IMG/VR virus record: IMGVR_UViG_3300009702_000500
Span: 1 to 64,000 of that record
Strand: one strand, 5' to 3'
Length of the DNA: 64,000 bases
DNA from: a virus
In this document: in pieces, positions 9,848 through 19,335 of the stretch
Layout: each line of letters starts with the position of its first letter
Numbering within the stretch: the stretch's first letter is position 1
The notes under the pieces: model-generated
Databases searched by the model: none
Told to the model about the DNA's origin: nothing
Seen by the model: the letters and a program-made list of their open reading frames with translations, nothing else
Program-made: the position numbers and the translations under genes

Positions 9848-10834
9848 ATGGCGTTAAATGTTAATACACAAGATTTAGACAATTATCCTGGTAATACTCA
9901 GAGAGTCACTGTGGATATGGACAGTTTGGTACCTGTTGGTTTTGAAGGCGATGAGCAGTTTCTTATGGTAGCATCCACCACTGCCTACAGTGATAATGTA
10001 AATAGAACAGCTATTCAAGATTTACAAATTATGGATTTTAAAGCTGGTTGGTGTAAAAGTTCTGGGTTTGCAGGAGTAGGTGGAAAATTTATGCTGGATT
10101 CAGATCATTATAAATTAAATATCAAAATTGATGCTACGATTAGTGGTGCGGATGGATCTGGTTGGTATACTATTGATTTAGCATATAATGATGATGGAAC
10201 ACCAGTTACCGGTGAGGCCGTGGCATCAGATATGGAAGCTAAGATTAGAGCTATAGCAGATAATATCAATGTCAGTGATACTGGATTTTCTTTGGCATAT
10301 TTGAACTCCTCAGTAGAATTTAAACAGGGTAAATTTTGGATTGTGTCCGGCAGTATAGGTAAATATTACACCGGAGAGCACAGAACTTCTGTTGAAGTAG
10401 GCTCCGCTGCTGATAAAGACGCTTCTGCTAGATTGGGGTTTGATACACCAATTACTACAAAAAATTTGGCTACTATTACGGTTAATGAAACAAAATTAAC
10501 TTCTGATTATGTGGCTAATAGTGCTACTATGTCCGTTATGGCTGGTACAGGGGTTACTGCTGGGGATTGTTTTATGATTACGGATGGTATTAACACTGAC
10601 TACTTTACTGTTCTTGTAGGCACAACTGATTTAAGTTTAGTGGTTCCTACCACTGCTAATAATAATTATGTTGGTGTTAACCATAGTTATACAGTGTCTG
10701 GGACTAGACTACAGTTGCTTAGAGAACAAGACCCAGATAATGAACCTACTTCGTGGTATAATAATATTGATCAATTGACTAGATATGGCATTAAAACTAT
10801 GGTTAATCAAATTGATTTTAGTCCACAGGTTTAA
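9848..10834 (+). CDS. Structural protein with a sheath-insertion-like (DUF3383-type) domain
   Basis: AGGAGG RBS. KLNIKID...VASDMEAKI...VEFKQGKFWIVSGSIG...ARLGF; the same pattern recurs in 20950-22485 and 28998-37886. Confidence 0.5.
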   Translation: MALNVNTQDLDNYPGNTQRVTVDMDSLVPVGFEGDEQFLMVASTTAYSDNVNRTAIQDLQIMDFKAGWCKSSGFAGVGGKFMLDSDHYKLNIKIDATISGADGSGWYTIDLAYNDDGTPVTGEAVASDMEAKIRAIADNINVSDTGFSLAYLNSSVEFKQGKFWIVSGSIGKYYTGEHRTSVEVGSAADKDASARLGFDTPITTKNLATITVNETKLTSDYVANSATMSVMAGTGVTAGDCFMITDGINTDYFTVLVGTTDLSLVVPTTANNNYVGVNHSYTVSGTRLQLLREQDPDNEPTSWYNNIDQLTRYGIKTMVNQIDFSPQV

Positions 10835-10847
10835 TGAGGTTAAATAA

Positions 10848-11348
10848 ATGGCTGAATTTTTAATTAGAAATTCATTAAACCCGCATAAGGTAGTCAAATG
10901 CGGTGTTACTCTTACACAATATGTTGACTATAAAAAACACAATGGTGAGCCTATTTGGTTGTTGTCTGTTGGTACTTCAGAACCTCATAAAGACGGTGGG
11001 TCTATTAATGATGTTTATACTAATTTGACTTCATTAGATACGATAGATAAAGAAATAGAACTGCTTGTTTCCAAGATATCTAAACAAATAGACTGGGGAG
11101 AATTAATTGATGACGCCCACCCGCCATTTGTAGATAGTGTTTATCCAGTAGAGTATATAGCTAAAATGGAGGAACCGGTGGAATTTGTTATAAAAGAGCG
11201 TATGCCGTCTACTGGTATTGATCTTGATACCCTTAAAGTTACTGCTAATGGTCTTGATATTACAGACGAGTTAGAAATAAAAGGTAATCCATACGAGTAC
11301 CACTTAAAGTGGAGGCCACGGATTAAAGTGTATGATGTATACGAGTAA
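10848..11348 (+). CDS. Structural protein with a C-terminal Ig-like domain
   Basis: PPFVDSVYP...VEFVIKE...TGIDLDTLKVTANG matches the C-terminal Ig-like domain of 13714-16593 (GPYIENLKP...IEFDIKD.GTGVNIDTLDITVN). Confidence 0.55.
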   Translation: MAEFLIRNSLNPHKVVKCGVTLTQYVDYKKHNGEPIWLLSVGTSEPHKDGGSINDVYTNLTSLDTIDKEIELLVSKISKQIDWGELIDDAHPPFVDSVYPVEYIAKMEEPVEFVIKERMPSTGIDLDTLKVTANGLDITDELEIKGNPYEYHLKWRPRIKVYDVYE

Positions 11349-11362
11349 AGGGGTTATGAATT

Positions 11363-11812
11363 ATGGTAAAGGCTACTGATTTTTGGAAATTTATTTGTGA
11401 GAAGTTAAATTATAGGTTTTTTGCTGGTGTTGCTTGTAAAGGATTTGATCGTTTGTATAGAAAAATGAATCCAGAATTTATGCACTATATTCCAGCTGTT
11501 ACTCAGCAGGCGGCCATCGGATTGGCAATGGGGGCTAGTATTACTTCTTTCAAATCAGCCGCATTGATACATGAAAACGGTATATTTGATCTTATAAAAA
11601 TATATAATCAGTTTATACTCAAAAATCCTTTATCATTTATGATATTTATGTATACTGAGAACGAGTTTTGTAAGAAACTTTTGCGCACACAAAAAATACC
11701 ATTTATTGTATTGTCGGAGGATTTTAAAAAAGAATTAATTAGGTTTGATAAACGTATTATTAAAAACCAACAATGTGGTATAGTATTAGTGGGAAAGGAT
11801 GTTATTGTATGA
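11363..11812 (+). CDS. Degenerate ThDP-enzyme PYR-domain protein (sulfopyruvate decarboxylase alpha ComD / phosphonopyruvate decarboxylase N-terminal-like)
   Basis: FFAGVAC...HYIPAVTQQAAIGLAMGA...AALIHENGI parallels the family pattern FFxGVP[CD]...xAxxExxAxGxAxGA...MQNSGxGN. The catalytic Glu position reads Gln. Confidence 0.7.
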   Translation: MVKATDFWKFICEKLNYRFFAGVACKGFDRLYRKMNPEFMHYIPAVTQQAAIGLAMGASITSFKSAALIHENGIFDLIKIYNQFILKNPLSFMIFMYTENEFCKKLLRTQKIPFIVLSEDFKKELIRFDKRIIKNQQCGIVLVGKDVIV

Positions 11813-12429
11813 CAAGGTATAGGATGATAAAGGAATTTTTAAAAAGGCTTGATGAAAGTGATATAGCTATTTTTGCTGGAAAATTGTTGTGTGAGGAAGC
11901 TTATGTAAATGATAGAGTAGGTAATTTCTACATTCCTGATACACATGGCATAGTTCTTTCTTTTTCATTAGGATTGGCAATGTGTACAGACAAGAGAGTG
12001 TTTGTATTCACTACTGACAGTGAATTTTTAAGAGATGTAGGTTCTGCTACACAAATGGCAGTCAGTGAGTGTAAAAATTTATTCTATTTTATATTTAGTA
12101 GTGGTGCATATATAGAATCTGGTAAACACCCAAACATCTTTAAATCTATGTCTCATCCACAAGGTGTGCTTTTCAGAATGGGCTTTGTTTCGTTTGTATT
12201 TGATAGTTATTTTAGAAGTAGTGAGCGAATGTCTGAATTAAAAGGTGTTATGGATACTATGGTTGGACCGGTATCAGTTTTATTGGAAGTTGGCACTAAA
12301 AAAGGAAATAACAAACCATTAGATCAAGATAATTTATATTTTTTAAACAGATTTTATAAGTTTATTAAGGATAATGATACGGCTATGTTTGAGCCGCCAC
12401 CTCTTAAAAGTACATTTAAGAGTCAATAG
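11809..12429 (+). CDS. Degenerate ThDP-enzyme PP-domain protein (ComE / Ppd C-terminal-like)
   Basis: ATGA overlap with the previous gene. MTRYRMIK...DRVGNFYI...SLGLAM..DKRVFVFTTDSEFL...SGAYIESGKHP parallels ComE DRxxNFYMxGSMG...GLGLAL...DGDGS...DNxxYxSTGxQ. GDG and DN motifs are lost. Confidence 0.7.
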   Translation: MTRYRMIKEFLKRLDESDIAIFAGKLLCEEAYVNDRVGNFYIPDTHGIVLSFSLGLAMCTDKRVFVFTTDSEFLRDVGSATQMAVSECKNLFYFIFSSGAYIESGKHPNIFKSMSHPQGVLFRMGFVSFVFDSYFRSSERMSELKGVMDTMVGPVSVLLEVGTKKGNNKPLDQDNLYFLNRFYKFIKDNDTAMFEPPPLKSTFKSQ

Positions 12430-12438
12430 GAGAAATAA

Positions 12439-13689
12439 ATGTCCTACGAAAATATACGATTTAGAAAACAAAATTTGGTAATGGTAGACGGATACTTTTA
12501 CAGTATTGATGAGGATTTAGATGCATTGGTCATGAAGACAGATGATGGTACTTACGCATTTACATATCCATTAGATACAGTATTACCAGGAGAGGTTGTA
12601 AGTTTAGAACATGATGGTTATAATTTTTGGTCGTTAGAACGCTACGCTGGTCAAACTTTAGTAATACGAAGGTGGTATATACATAATTATGTATGTACTT
12701 TACGTGATACTTTTTCATTAATAGGAGGCGGTACAGATAATTTTGATTCTCACGCGTTCACTGTAGAACACTATCATGTAAAGTTTTCAGGTGACGAAGC
12801 GGCAGGTAGTTCTAATTTGAGTATAACCGATGGTTCAAAATTACAAAGTGGTTATACTGTAGTATTAGGGCCTAATCGACATCAACAGATACAAGAAGCC
12901 ACGGTAAATTCAGCTGGTCCAGATTTTGTTAATATAAATGGGATTACGGATTATGACTTTGAAGAAGATGACCCAATTAGTTTTTATAAGTCATTGTGGG
13001 TATTTAATAACTATTATGGTACAGATGATACTGTAGGAGCGTTGTATAATTTAAATGCTTATACTGGTGCTATTATAAATAAAACAGCAGATTCTGCATT
13101 TAAAGATATTGCTGCTTGTACATTTTATACTACACCAGATACTGTATTTAAAGACCCTATTACACATACGGGGTATGAGGCACATTGTATAGCGTACGTT
13201 AAAAACACTAATATTATTTTTCTAAATCCAGATGATTTAGATAATAGTCATGGTGCAATGACAATGGATAACGTGGAAAATGACTTAGCTACCGTTATAC
13301 CTATTTTTGATATCTCATTCTATGGTACAAATGTTTATAGGTTACAACGTAAAGCTACTTATTATGGAGGTACTACACTTTTCAGGGATGAGACTTATAA
13401 TTACCAATTGTCAACTCTTAATAGTTTTATTACTAGTATAACTATGAGAGCAGAACCTGCCATTTTACCGGCTAATGGAACAAATATATCTTCTATTACA
13501 GTAATAGTTAAAGACCAATTTAATCTACCAATAGCTAGTAAATTAGTATATTTTACTGCAGATGACCCTGATGGTCAAATTTTAATAACACCAGCAAATA
13601 CGAATGCTTTGGGGATAGCACAAACTTCTTATAGGGCTGGTATAAGTGCTAGAGAGGTTAGAATAACTGCTACAGCACAACAGGGATAG
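12439..13689 (+). CDS. Virion protein with a C-terminal invasin-type Ig (Big_1-like) domain
   Basis: C-terminal AEPAILPANGTNISSITVIVKDQFNLPI...TNALGIAQTSY. Paralog of the N-terminal half of the next gene. Confidence 0.65.
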   Translation: MSYENIRFRKQNLVMVDGYFYSIDEDLDALVMKTDDGTYAFTYPLDTVLPGEVVSLEHDGYNFWSLERYAGQTLVIRRWYIHNYVCTLRDTFSLIGGGTDNFDSHAFTVEHYHVKFSGDEAAGSSNLSITDGSKLQSGYTVVLGPNRHQQIQEATVNSAGPDFVNINGITDYDFEEDDPISFYKSLWVFNNYYGTDDTVGALYNLNAYTGAIINKTADSAFKDIAACTFYTTPDTVFKDPITHTGYEAHCIAYVKNTNIIFLNPDDLDNSHGAMTMDNVENDLATVIPIFDISFYGTNVYRLQRKATYYGGTTLFRDETYNYQLSTLNSFITSITMRAEPAILPANGTNISSITVIVKDQFNLPIASKLVYFTADDPDGQILITPANTNALGIAQTSYRAGISAREVRITATAQQG

Positions 13690-13713
13690 ATTGCTTTATA
13701 GGGAAGGTATCAA

Positions 13714-16593
13714 GTGGCTCATGAAAATATAAAAATAAAGACGCCTAATTTTTGTTTGAGTCCCATAGAAGGAAGTTTTTGTAATATTAATACTCAAAAT
13801 CCTACTACAGTGTTAGATGTAAAAAATCTCGGTGGTGCTTTGATTGCTTCTTTTACCTTGTCAAATAACCTGGTAAATCCACCAATGGCGCTTGAGTATG
13901 TAGGACCAGCAAATTCCTATAAATTTATAGATGATTTAGAATTTATAACGTTAGAATATGTGAGTAGCAGTAAGTCTCTGATAAAAATATGGGTAGTGGA
14001 TACAGAACATGCGCAATTGTCTTTAAAGAAAAGTTTATTGTTGTCTGACACCGGTTTATATCATTTTGATGTAAACAGCATGGCCGTGGAAATTGTGCGT
14101 AGGAAATTTACAGAGGATCAAGATCAAGGAACTAATTATTTGTATATAGATGATCTAGAGGGTTTGTATGAGGGCCAAAAACTTTTTTTAGGTCCCAGCT
14201 TTGATCCAGATAATATAGGTGAAATGGACGTAGTTTACATTTCTAATATAGACCCTATATACAAAAGAATAACACTAACTGATGTTTTAAAATACCAGTA
14301 TATTAAGGAAGATAAAATTTCTTTTTATAATAATATTTATGTAATTAGTAATGGAGGAATAGGATCTGATACTACTAAAGGGACTTTGTTTAAGATAGAA
14401 GTTGCTACTGGTAATATACTAGAGGTAACAAATAGTGGTATTTATAAACAAATTTTTACGAGTAGATGGTGTGAGGAATTTAGAACGATAGCTTTATTGT
14501 GTAAACTTAATTTATTATATATAGATCCATATGATAGTTATAGAGTAATTAAATCACAGATTCTTAATAATTATAATCCTGATAAAGCGTCGGTTCATCT
14601 AATAAACGATGTGTGTTTTAATAAGACAGATATGTTTAAGTTATCAATGTTTGCAACATTTAGAACAGATGATGCTGATTTAATTTTAGATAATTGGCAC
14701 CCTTATTATAATTTTCAACAAGATACACTTGCACCATATACACATAATATAACTAATTATTCTAGTAATAGTTTTACATTTGGTCCATATTATATTACGG
14801 ATTTGAATTTACAGGTTAGAGATCAATTTAATGTAACATTGAGGGATGTACCCACTAAAGTAACTATTATTCCTGGTGATAGTGGGGCATTATTGGATCC
14901 ATTAAGTGGACAAGTAACTACAGATATTAATGGGAAAGCAACACTTATATATAGAGCGGGCGCTTCTTTTAATGGCATGTCTGAACTAACTTATAAATCT
15001 AGTGGTGGTTCTAATTTTACCGGAAGTGAATGGGTTTGGAGTAAGGGGTATATAAAATCTAATGTATCTTTTCCAGATACTGCTGATTTATTTGCACTTT
15101 TATTTCAGATATCTTCTTATTCTGGTATTTATAGAACAATAATGCGCCAATTGTCGTATGAGTACAAGAATTGGAATCCAAAGAAGTTTGGTGATTTGGA
15201 AGACGCCTTTGTAGTTCCAAGAACATATATTGCAGCAAGAAATCTTTTCAGTATGCCCGGTGGAGATTGGCAGCCTGGTGGTGCTTCACCCAATCCTAGA
15301 GATCAGCCAACAGTACATTGGTTACCAGCGTTAGATGGGTATCATGGTGTAAATGATGGACTACATAAATTTTATCAATTTAGTATTTGGTATTCGGCAT
15401 TGGAGCCTACTGAGGATGATCCATTTCCTATTGGTAATCCGAAACCTAGTGCAGAATTTTCAGCCAGGGTAACAACAGTAGAGAGACTTCCTTCAAATTT
15501 TTATACATTTAATTACAAAGAATATTTTGTCAATTCATGGGAAAAGAGGCTTGTTGAGGTTGATGGTGAGTTAAAACCAGTAACTTTCCAGCCATATTTA
15601 CCGTATTACTGGATGTATCAGGTGGACGAATCACATCATATGACATTTAGTCAATTAAAATTGAGTTTACATACTAATTGGGTAAACGGGGTGGCTTATG
15701 ATGAATTATTTACTAATGTAAGAGTTGATCAGTTTATATTTGTAGAGGACGCCGTACCAAAATTTTGGAGCAGGAAGAATCCTGTGGATACTAATATATG
15801 GATTAGACTAAGGCCTTTTGCACATAATTTAAATGCGGATACAGTGATAATGGAAGTTCGTGAGTTATGTTATGAAGAAGATACAGGATATATAGATGTT
15901 AGTAATCTAATCACTACAGAATACTATGATGCAGGTAGTGGTCTTTTGGGGGTTGAGATACTATATGATCCTTTAGTAAATTTCCGTAATAAAGCCGTTG
16001 TGTATGTACACATAGAGTTATATGATACAGCCCCTGATCCAAATAAAATATACGTTGATTATTGGTTTGTCGTAATACCAGATTATAAGGGACCGTATAT
16101 AGAAAATTTAAAGCCTGAATCAGGAGAAACTAATGTTCATCCTGATACTAGTATAGAATTTGATATAAAGGATGTGGGAACTGGTGTTAATATAGATACA
16201 CTTGATATAACTGTTAATTCACGTTTGATTAAGCCACAAGAGGTAGTTAAGATTAGTAAAAGGTATTATAAAGTAAAATATACACCGCCTGTACCATTTA
16301 GATATGGGGAGGAGGTTATGGTCAAAGTTAGTTGTGCTGATTTTGCAGATCAGCCTAATATGATGAGAACTAGATACCCTTTTTATATTGATTTAGGATA
16401 TGGAATAGACTTTATAGTGGAGGCCCCTTTGAGATGTTCTTGGGGAGTTCCTAGATTTAATGATGTTCGCTTTTTAGCATTGGGTACCGGTGGAGGAATA
16501 GAATCAGAATCCTTGCGTATTCAGATTCATAATAAGGATGTTACAGATGATCCTAATACTACTATCTTACCAATAGTATATAGAGTTTCTTAA
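13714..16593 (+). CDS. Large virion protein with Big_1-like and further Ig-like domains (959 aa)
   Basis: GTG start. MAHENIKIK vs MSYENIRFR of the previous gene; QVRDQFNV...TTDINGKATLIYRAG; C-terminal Ig-like domains. Confidence 0.6.
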   Translation: MAHENIKIKTPNFCLSPIEGSFCNINTQNPTTVLDVKNLGGALIASFTLSNNLVNPPMALEYVGPANSYKFIDDLEFITLEYVSSSKSLIKIWVVDTEHAQLSLKKSLLLSDTGLYHFDVNSMAVEIVRRKFTEDQDQGTNYLYIDDLEGLYEGQKLFLGPSFDPDNIGEMDVVYISNIDPIYKRITLTDVLKYQYIKEDKISFYNNIYVISNGGIGSDTTKGTLFKIEVATGNILEVTNSGIYKQIFTSRWCEEFRTIALLCKLNLLYIDPYDSYRVIKSQILNNYNPDKASVHLINDVCFNKTDMFKLSMFATFRTDDADLILDNWHPYYNFQQDTLAPYTHNITNYSSNSFTFGPYYITDLNLQVRDQFNVTLRDVPTKVTIIPGDSGALLDPLSGQVTTDINGKATLIYRAGASFNGMSELTYKSSGGSNFTGSEWVWSKGYIKSNVSFPDTADLFALLFQISSYSGIYRTIMRQLSYEYKNWNPKKFGDLEDAFVVPRTYIAARNLFSMPGGDWQPGGASPNPRDQPTVHWLPALDGYHGVNDGLHKFYQFSIWYSALEPTEDDPFPIGNPKPSAEFSARVTTVERLPSNFYTFNYKEYFVNSWEKRLVEVDGELKPVTFQPYLPYYWMYQVDESHHMTFSQLKLSLHTNWVNGVAYDELFTNVRVDQFIFVEDAVPKFWSRKNPVDTNIWIRLRPFAHNLNADTVIMEVRELCYEEDTGYIDVSNLITTEYYDAGSGLLGVEILYDPLVNFRNKAVVYVHIELYDTAPDPNKIYVDYWFVVIPDYKGPYIENLKPESGETNVHPDTSIEFDIKDVGTGVNIDTLDITVNSRLIKPQEVVKISKRYYKVKYTPPVPFRYGEEVMVKVSCADFADQPNMMRTRYPFYIDLGYGIDFIVEAPLRCSWGVPRFNDVRFLALGTGGGIESESLRIQIHNKDVTDDPNTTILPIVYRVS

Positions 16594-16601
16594 GGAGATA
16601 T

Positions 16602-17303
16602 TTGATGGAACCTACACTTTCTTTTATTTATAATCATAGTGCAATAGATACACCTTATGGTGGTTTGGGAGAAGCACAGGGTAATTGGCGAGTAATGAAT
16701 ACTATTTCTGGTACTAATTACATTACCGACAAAATGATTTTTACTGGTGCTGGTATTTTAGGATATCTTCCTACTCCTACTTGTGCTTCCGGCACGAGAG
16801 ACGCTTCTATAAAGCCTGACCTTGCTTCGTATATTATACCACAAACTTATGTAGAAACTTCTACTTTGATGTATAATGTTCCTTTAGCTGGCATTGGTAA
16901 TATTATGGCTAGTCCTTTTAGATATGTTTTTGGTATTTATGTTAACGGAAGAATGGATTCTGATTTGTATTTGGAGGCATGGGATGACGAAACTTTTAGT
17001 ACTGTAAATAGTGTAGTTTTACAAGGTACAGCAAACAGCGGTGGGTACAGCCTAATAAATGCTATTCGTACTACTAATAATGCGCCGCCATGGCATGGCG
17101 CCCCTGGAGACCCATCTGGTGCCTGGACTGGAAATGATTCAGAAGCAGTTTTTTTGCGGGGGATGACAGATAGAATAGGTTTAAAGAATGCTTCTTATGT
17201 AGAAAATGAAACAGTATATTATAATATTTACATAAGACTAGAAACAGATTGTACTACATTCCATGAGACACCTATTCTTGGATTGCGCTATCTCTATACG
17301 TAA
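16602..17303 (+). CDS. Structural protein (LxAWDD scaffold domain)
   Basis: AAGGAG RBS. Shares GTR..I.P, L.AWDD.T.ST.N and terminal L.Y.YT motifs with 17801-19324. Confidence 0.55.
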   Translation: MMEPTLSFIYNHSAIDTPYGGLGEAQGNWRVMNTISGTNYITDKMIFTGAGILGYLPTPTCASGTRDASIKPDLASYIIPQTYVETSTLMYNVPLAGIGNIMASPFRYVFGIYVNGRMDSDLYLEAWDDETFSTVNSVVLQGTANSGGYSLINAIRTTNNAPPWHGAPGDPSGAWTGNDSEAVFLRGMTDRIGLKNASYVENETVYYNIYIRLETDCTTFHETPILGLRYLYT

Positions 17304-17327
17304 TATATTTAACTTAAAGGAGAAACA

Positions 17328-17789
17328 ATGGATTACAGGATACCAAATTTTAAACATTTAACGGCAGAAGAAGGTAAGGTCTATGGAGGACACAATACGG
17401 TTACCAGTGTTAATCCGTATAAGTGCTATTTTATAGCAACGTATCCAAATGGAAGTACTGTGAAAGGTAATAATCTTTTTAACACTGGATGGGATGATAT
17501 CCCCCAGGGCTTGAGCAAACTGTCGTATATACTCAGTACAGGGCATCTAATAGAGATACCACGTTACAGAGCATACAAGCCACTTATAGAGTGTAGTTTA
17601 GGCATGGATGGTAGTAGGATATTTCATTCTATAAGAGTACAGTGCTTAGATAGCACAAGTGTAGTAATAGACAAGATTATACTACAACAAGATCAAATTA
17701 CGAAATATAAGATAGGGGATCGTATTTGGAGTAGGGAACCGATTCCGGCAGGTATAAAAGAAGATAAATCTTGGAAATACACTAGTTAG
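17328..17789 (+). CDS. Hypothetical protein, possible paralog of 22682-22984
   Basis: AAGGAG RBS. FIATYPNGSTV...WDDI...LSKL vs WEVEYKNGTVV...WSKV...IQRL. Confidence 0.55.
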   Translation: MDYRIPNFKHLTAEEGKVYGGHNTVTSVNPYKCYFIATYPNGSTVKGNNLFNTGWDDIPQGLSKLSYILSTGHLIEIPRYRAYKPLIECSLGMDGSRIFHSIRVQCLDSTSVVIDKIILQQDQITKYKIGDRIWSREPIPAGIKEDKSWKYTS

Positions 17790-17800
17790 GAGGTAACGTT

Positions 17801-19324
17801 ATGGCTGTAACCATGACAACAACGTTTTACGGAGACGACACACCAGCTTGGCATGATATGGCAAAAGTTGTATTCACTAGTCCAAATATGACAAATCCCA
17901 ATGTAGCTGGTACTAGATCTCATATCCTTCCCGGCCAAGGAGATTTGGGAATGTGGTATGAAGATGCTAATAATATGTATCGTGTGGAAATGGTACAGTC
18001 CTCTACACAGACAGATTATTATAATTATATAGCTATTTCTGAAGAATATGATTTGGATGCTCAACCAGATTATGTTACTATCACCGGTACTACAGCTAAT
18101 TATGAAGTCTATTATGATTATATAAAAGAAGGTGTAGGATGTGCTGCGATTGGTTACGAGGAAATAGTATACAATTTACATATATTAGACACTATAGTTA
18201 AAGTAGAGTATACTAGCGGTAATTTAGACTATTTATACACAGATTCTGTTTTTGAAAATACTACATCTAATCCCGTTCAGAAAACTGTTGGAGAACAAGT
18301 TTTCAATGTGGCTGAAAACGACAAGATTACAGAAGAGTGTTGGGCGGTCAGAGTTATAGGAGGAGATCCAGAATGTTACATAGATTTTACATTCGATCGT
18401 CCGTATAAAGTAACTAAAATTACATTTGATTCCTTTTATTTTTATGATAGTGATATTGGTAATGGTAATAGCAGGTATACACGTTGGTTCATAGGTAATT
18501 ATAAAATAGAGGGTAAACTTAATATAGAAGATGATTGGACATTATTAGAGACATCAGCCAATACTACTAATTTAGATGTAGCTCTTTATATGAGCAACAA
18601 TGATAATTATTTTAAATATTACAGATTGGTAATAGATAATAATAGTAGTTTAAATACTGGCACTTTTGACACTAGTAGATACGCTATTAGAAATTTAAAG
18701 TTTTATAAGTTTAAATATAACGATACTGGCACTAGAACCAAACCTTTATACGCATTTGCGGATGATGGTTCCGCCAAAATTTTATATGTTGATGATATAC
18801 AAGAAGCGGGTCCAGAAACCTACATCTTATCAGTAGATAGTGTCACTGGCTCTGGTATAATTTCTGATGGGAGCGAACTCAAATCTTGGGGTACTCTTAC
18901 AGGTGAAATTGATTATAGTACTAATGATTCTGTTGTATTTACTGTGACTGAAGGCGAGGCTTATAATTGTAGATTAACTGCATGGGATGATATTACACAT
19001 AGTACCACCAATAACAATCTTATTTATAATGATAGGGTGAGAGTATCTTCTCTAGCATTTTGTGCTACTAATACTGTTGAGGATCCACAAGAAAGTTTTA
19101 GTCCTCTTAATTATGTATTTGCACCTATTCATAATAGAATTTTTAAAGGAAATACTGTATATCAAGGAACAAGATATTATTATGGTGATTTTGATCTTGT
19201 CTACCGTCCGCAAGCATCAATTATAGGAGATTTTTTAATATTTAAACCTATGCTAGTTATAGATGATACAGTGCCCTATGGTGTACATGATTTTGTAATT
19301 GTTTTACAATATAGTTATACATAA
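17801..19324 (+). CDS. Structural protein: LxAWDD scaffold with an inserted F5/8C (discoidin)-like domain
   Basis: YIDFTFDRPYKVTKI...YKIEG...WTLL...FKYYRLVI...IRNLKFY lies between the two halves shared with 16602-17303. Confidence 0.6.
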   Translation: MAVTMTTTFYGDDTPAWHDMAKVVFTSPNMTNPNVAGTRSHILPGQGDLGMWYEDANNMYRVEMVQSSTQTDYYNYIAISEEYDLDAQPDYVTITGTTANYEVYYDYIKEGVGCAAIGYEEIVYNLHILDTIVKVEYTSGNLDYLYTDSVFENTTSNPVQKTVGEQVFNVAENDKITEECWAVRVIGGDPECYIDFTFDRPYKVTKITFDSFYFYDSDIGNGNSRYTRWFIGNYKIEGKLNIEDDWTLLETSANTTNLDVALYMSNNDNYFKYYRLVIDNNSSLNTGTFDTSRYAIRNLKFYKFKYNDTGTRTKPLYAFADDGSAKILYVDDIQEAGPETYILSVDSVTGSGIISDGSELKSWGTLTGEIDYSTNDSVVFTVTEGEAYNCRLTAWDDITHSTTNNNLIYNDRVRVSSLAFCATNTVEDPQESFSPLNYVFAPIHNRIFKGNTVYQGTRYYYGDFDLVYRPQASIIGDFLIFKPMLVIDDTVPYGVHDFVIVLQYSYT

Positions 19325-19335
19325 TAGGAAGGGGC

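Noticed and set aside
11363-12429. Functional coenzyme M or phosphonate biosynthesis auxiliary genes
   Set aside because: The ThDP-binding and catalytic motifs are substituted, and no pathway partners (e.g. PEP mutase, ComABC) are in the window.
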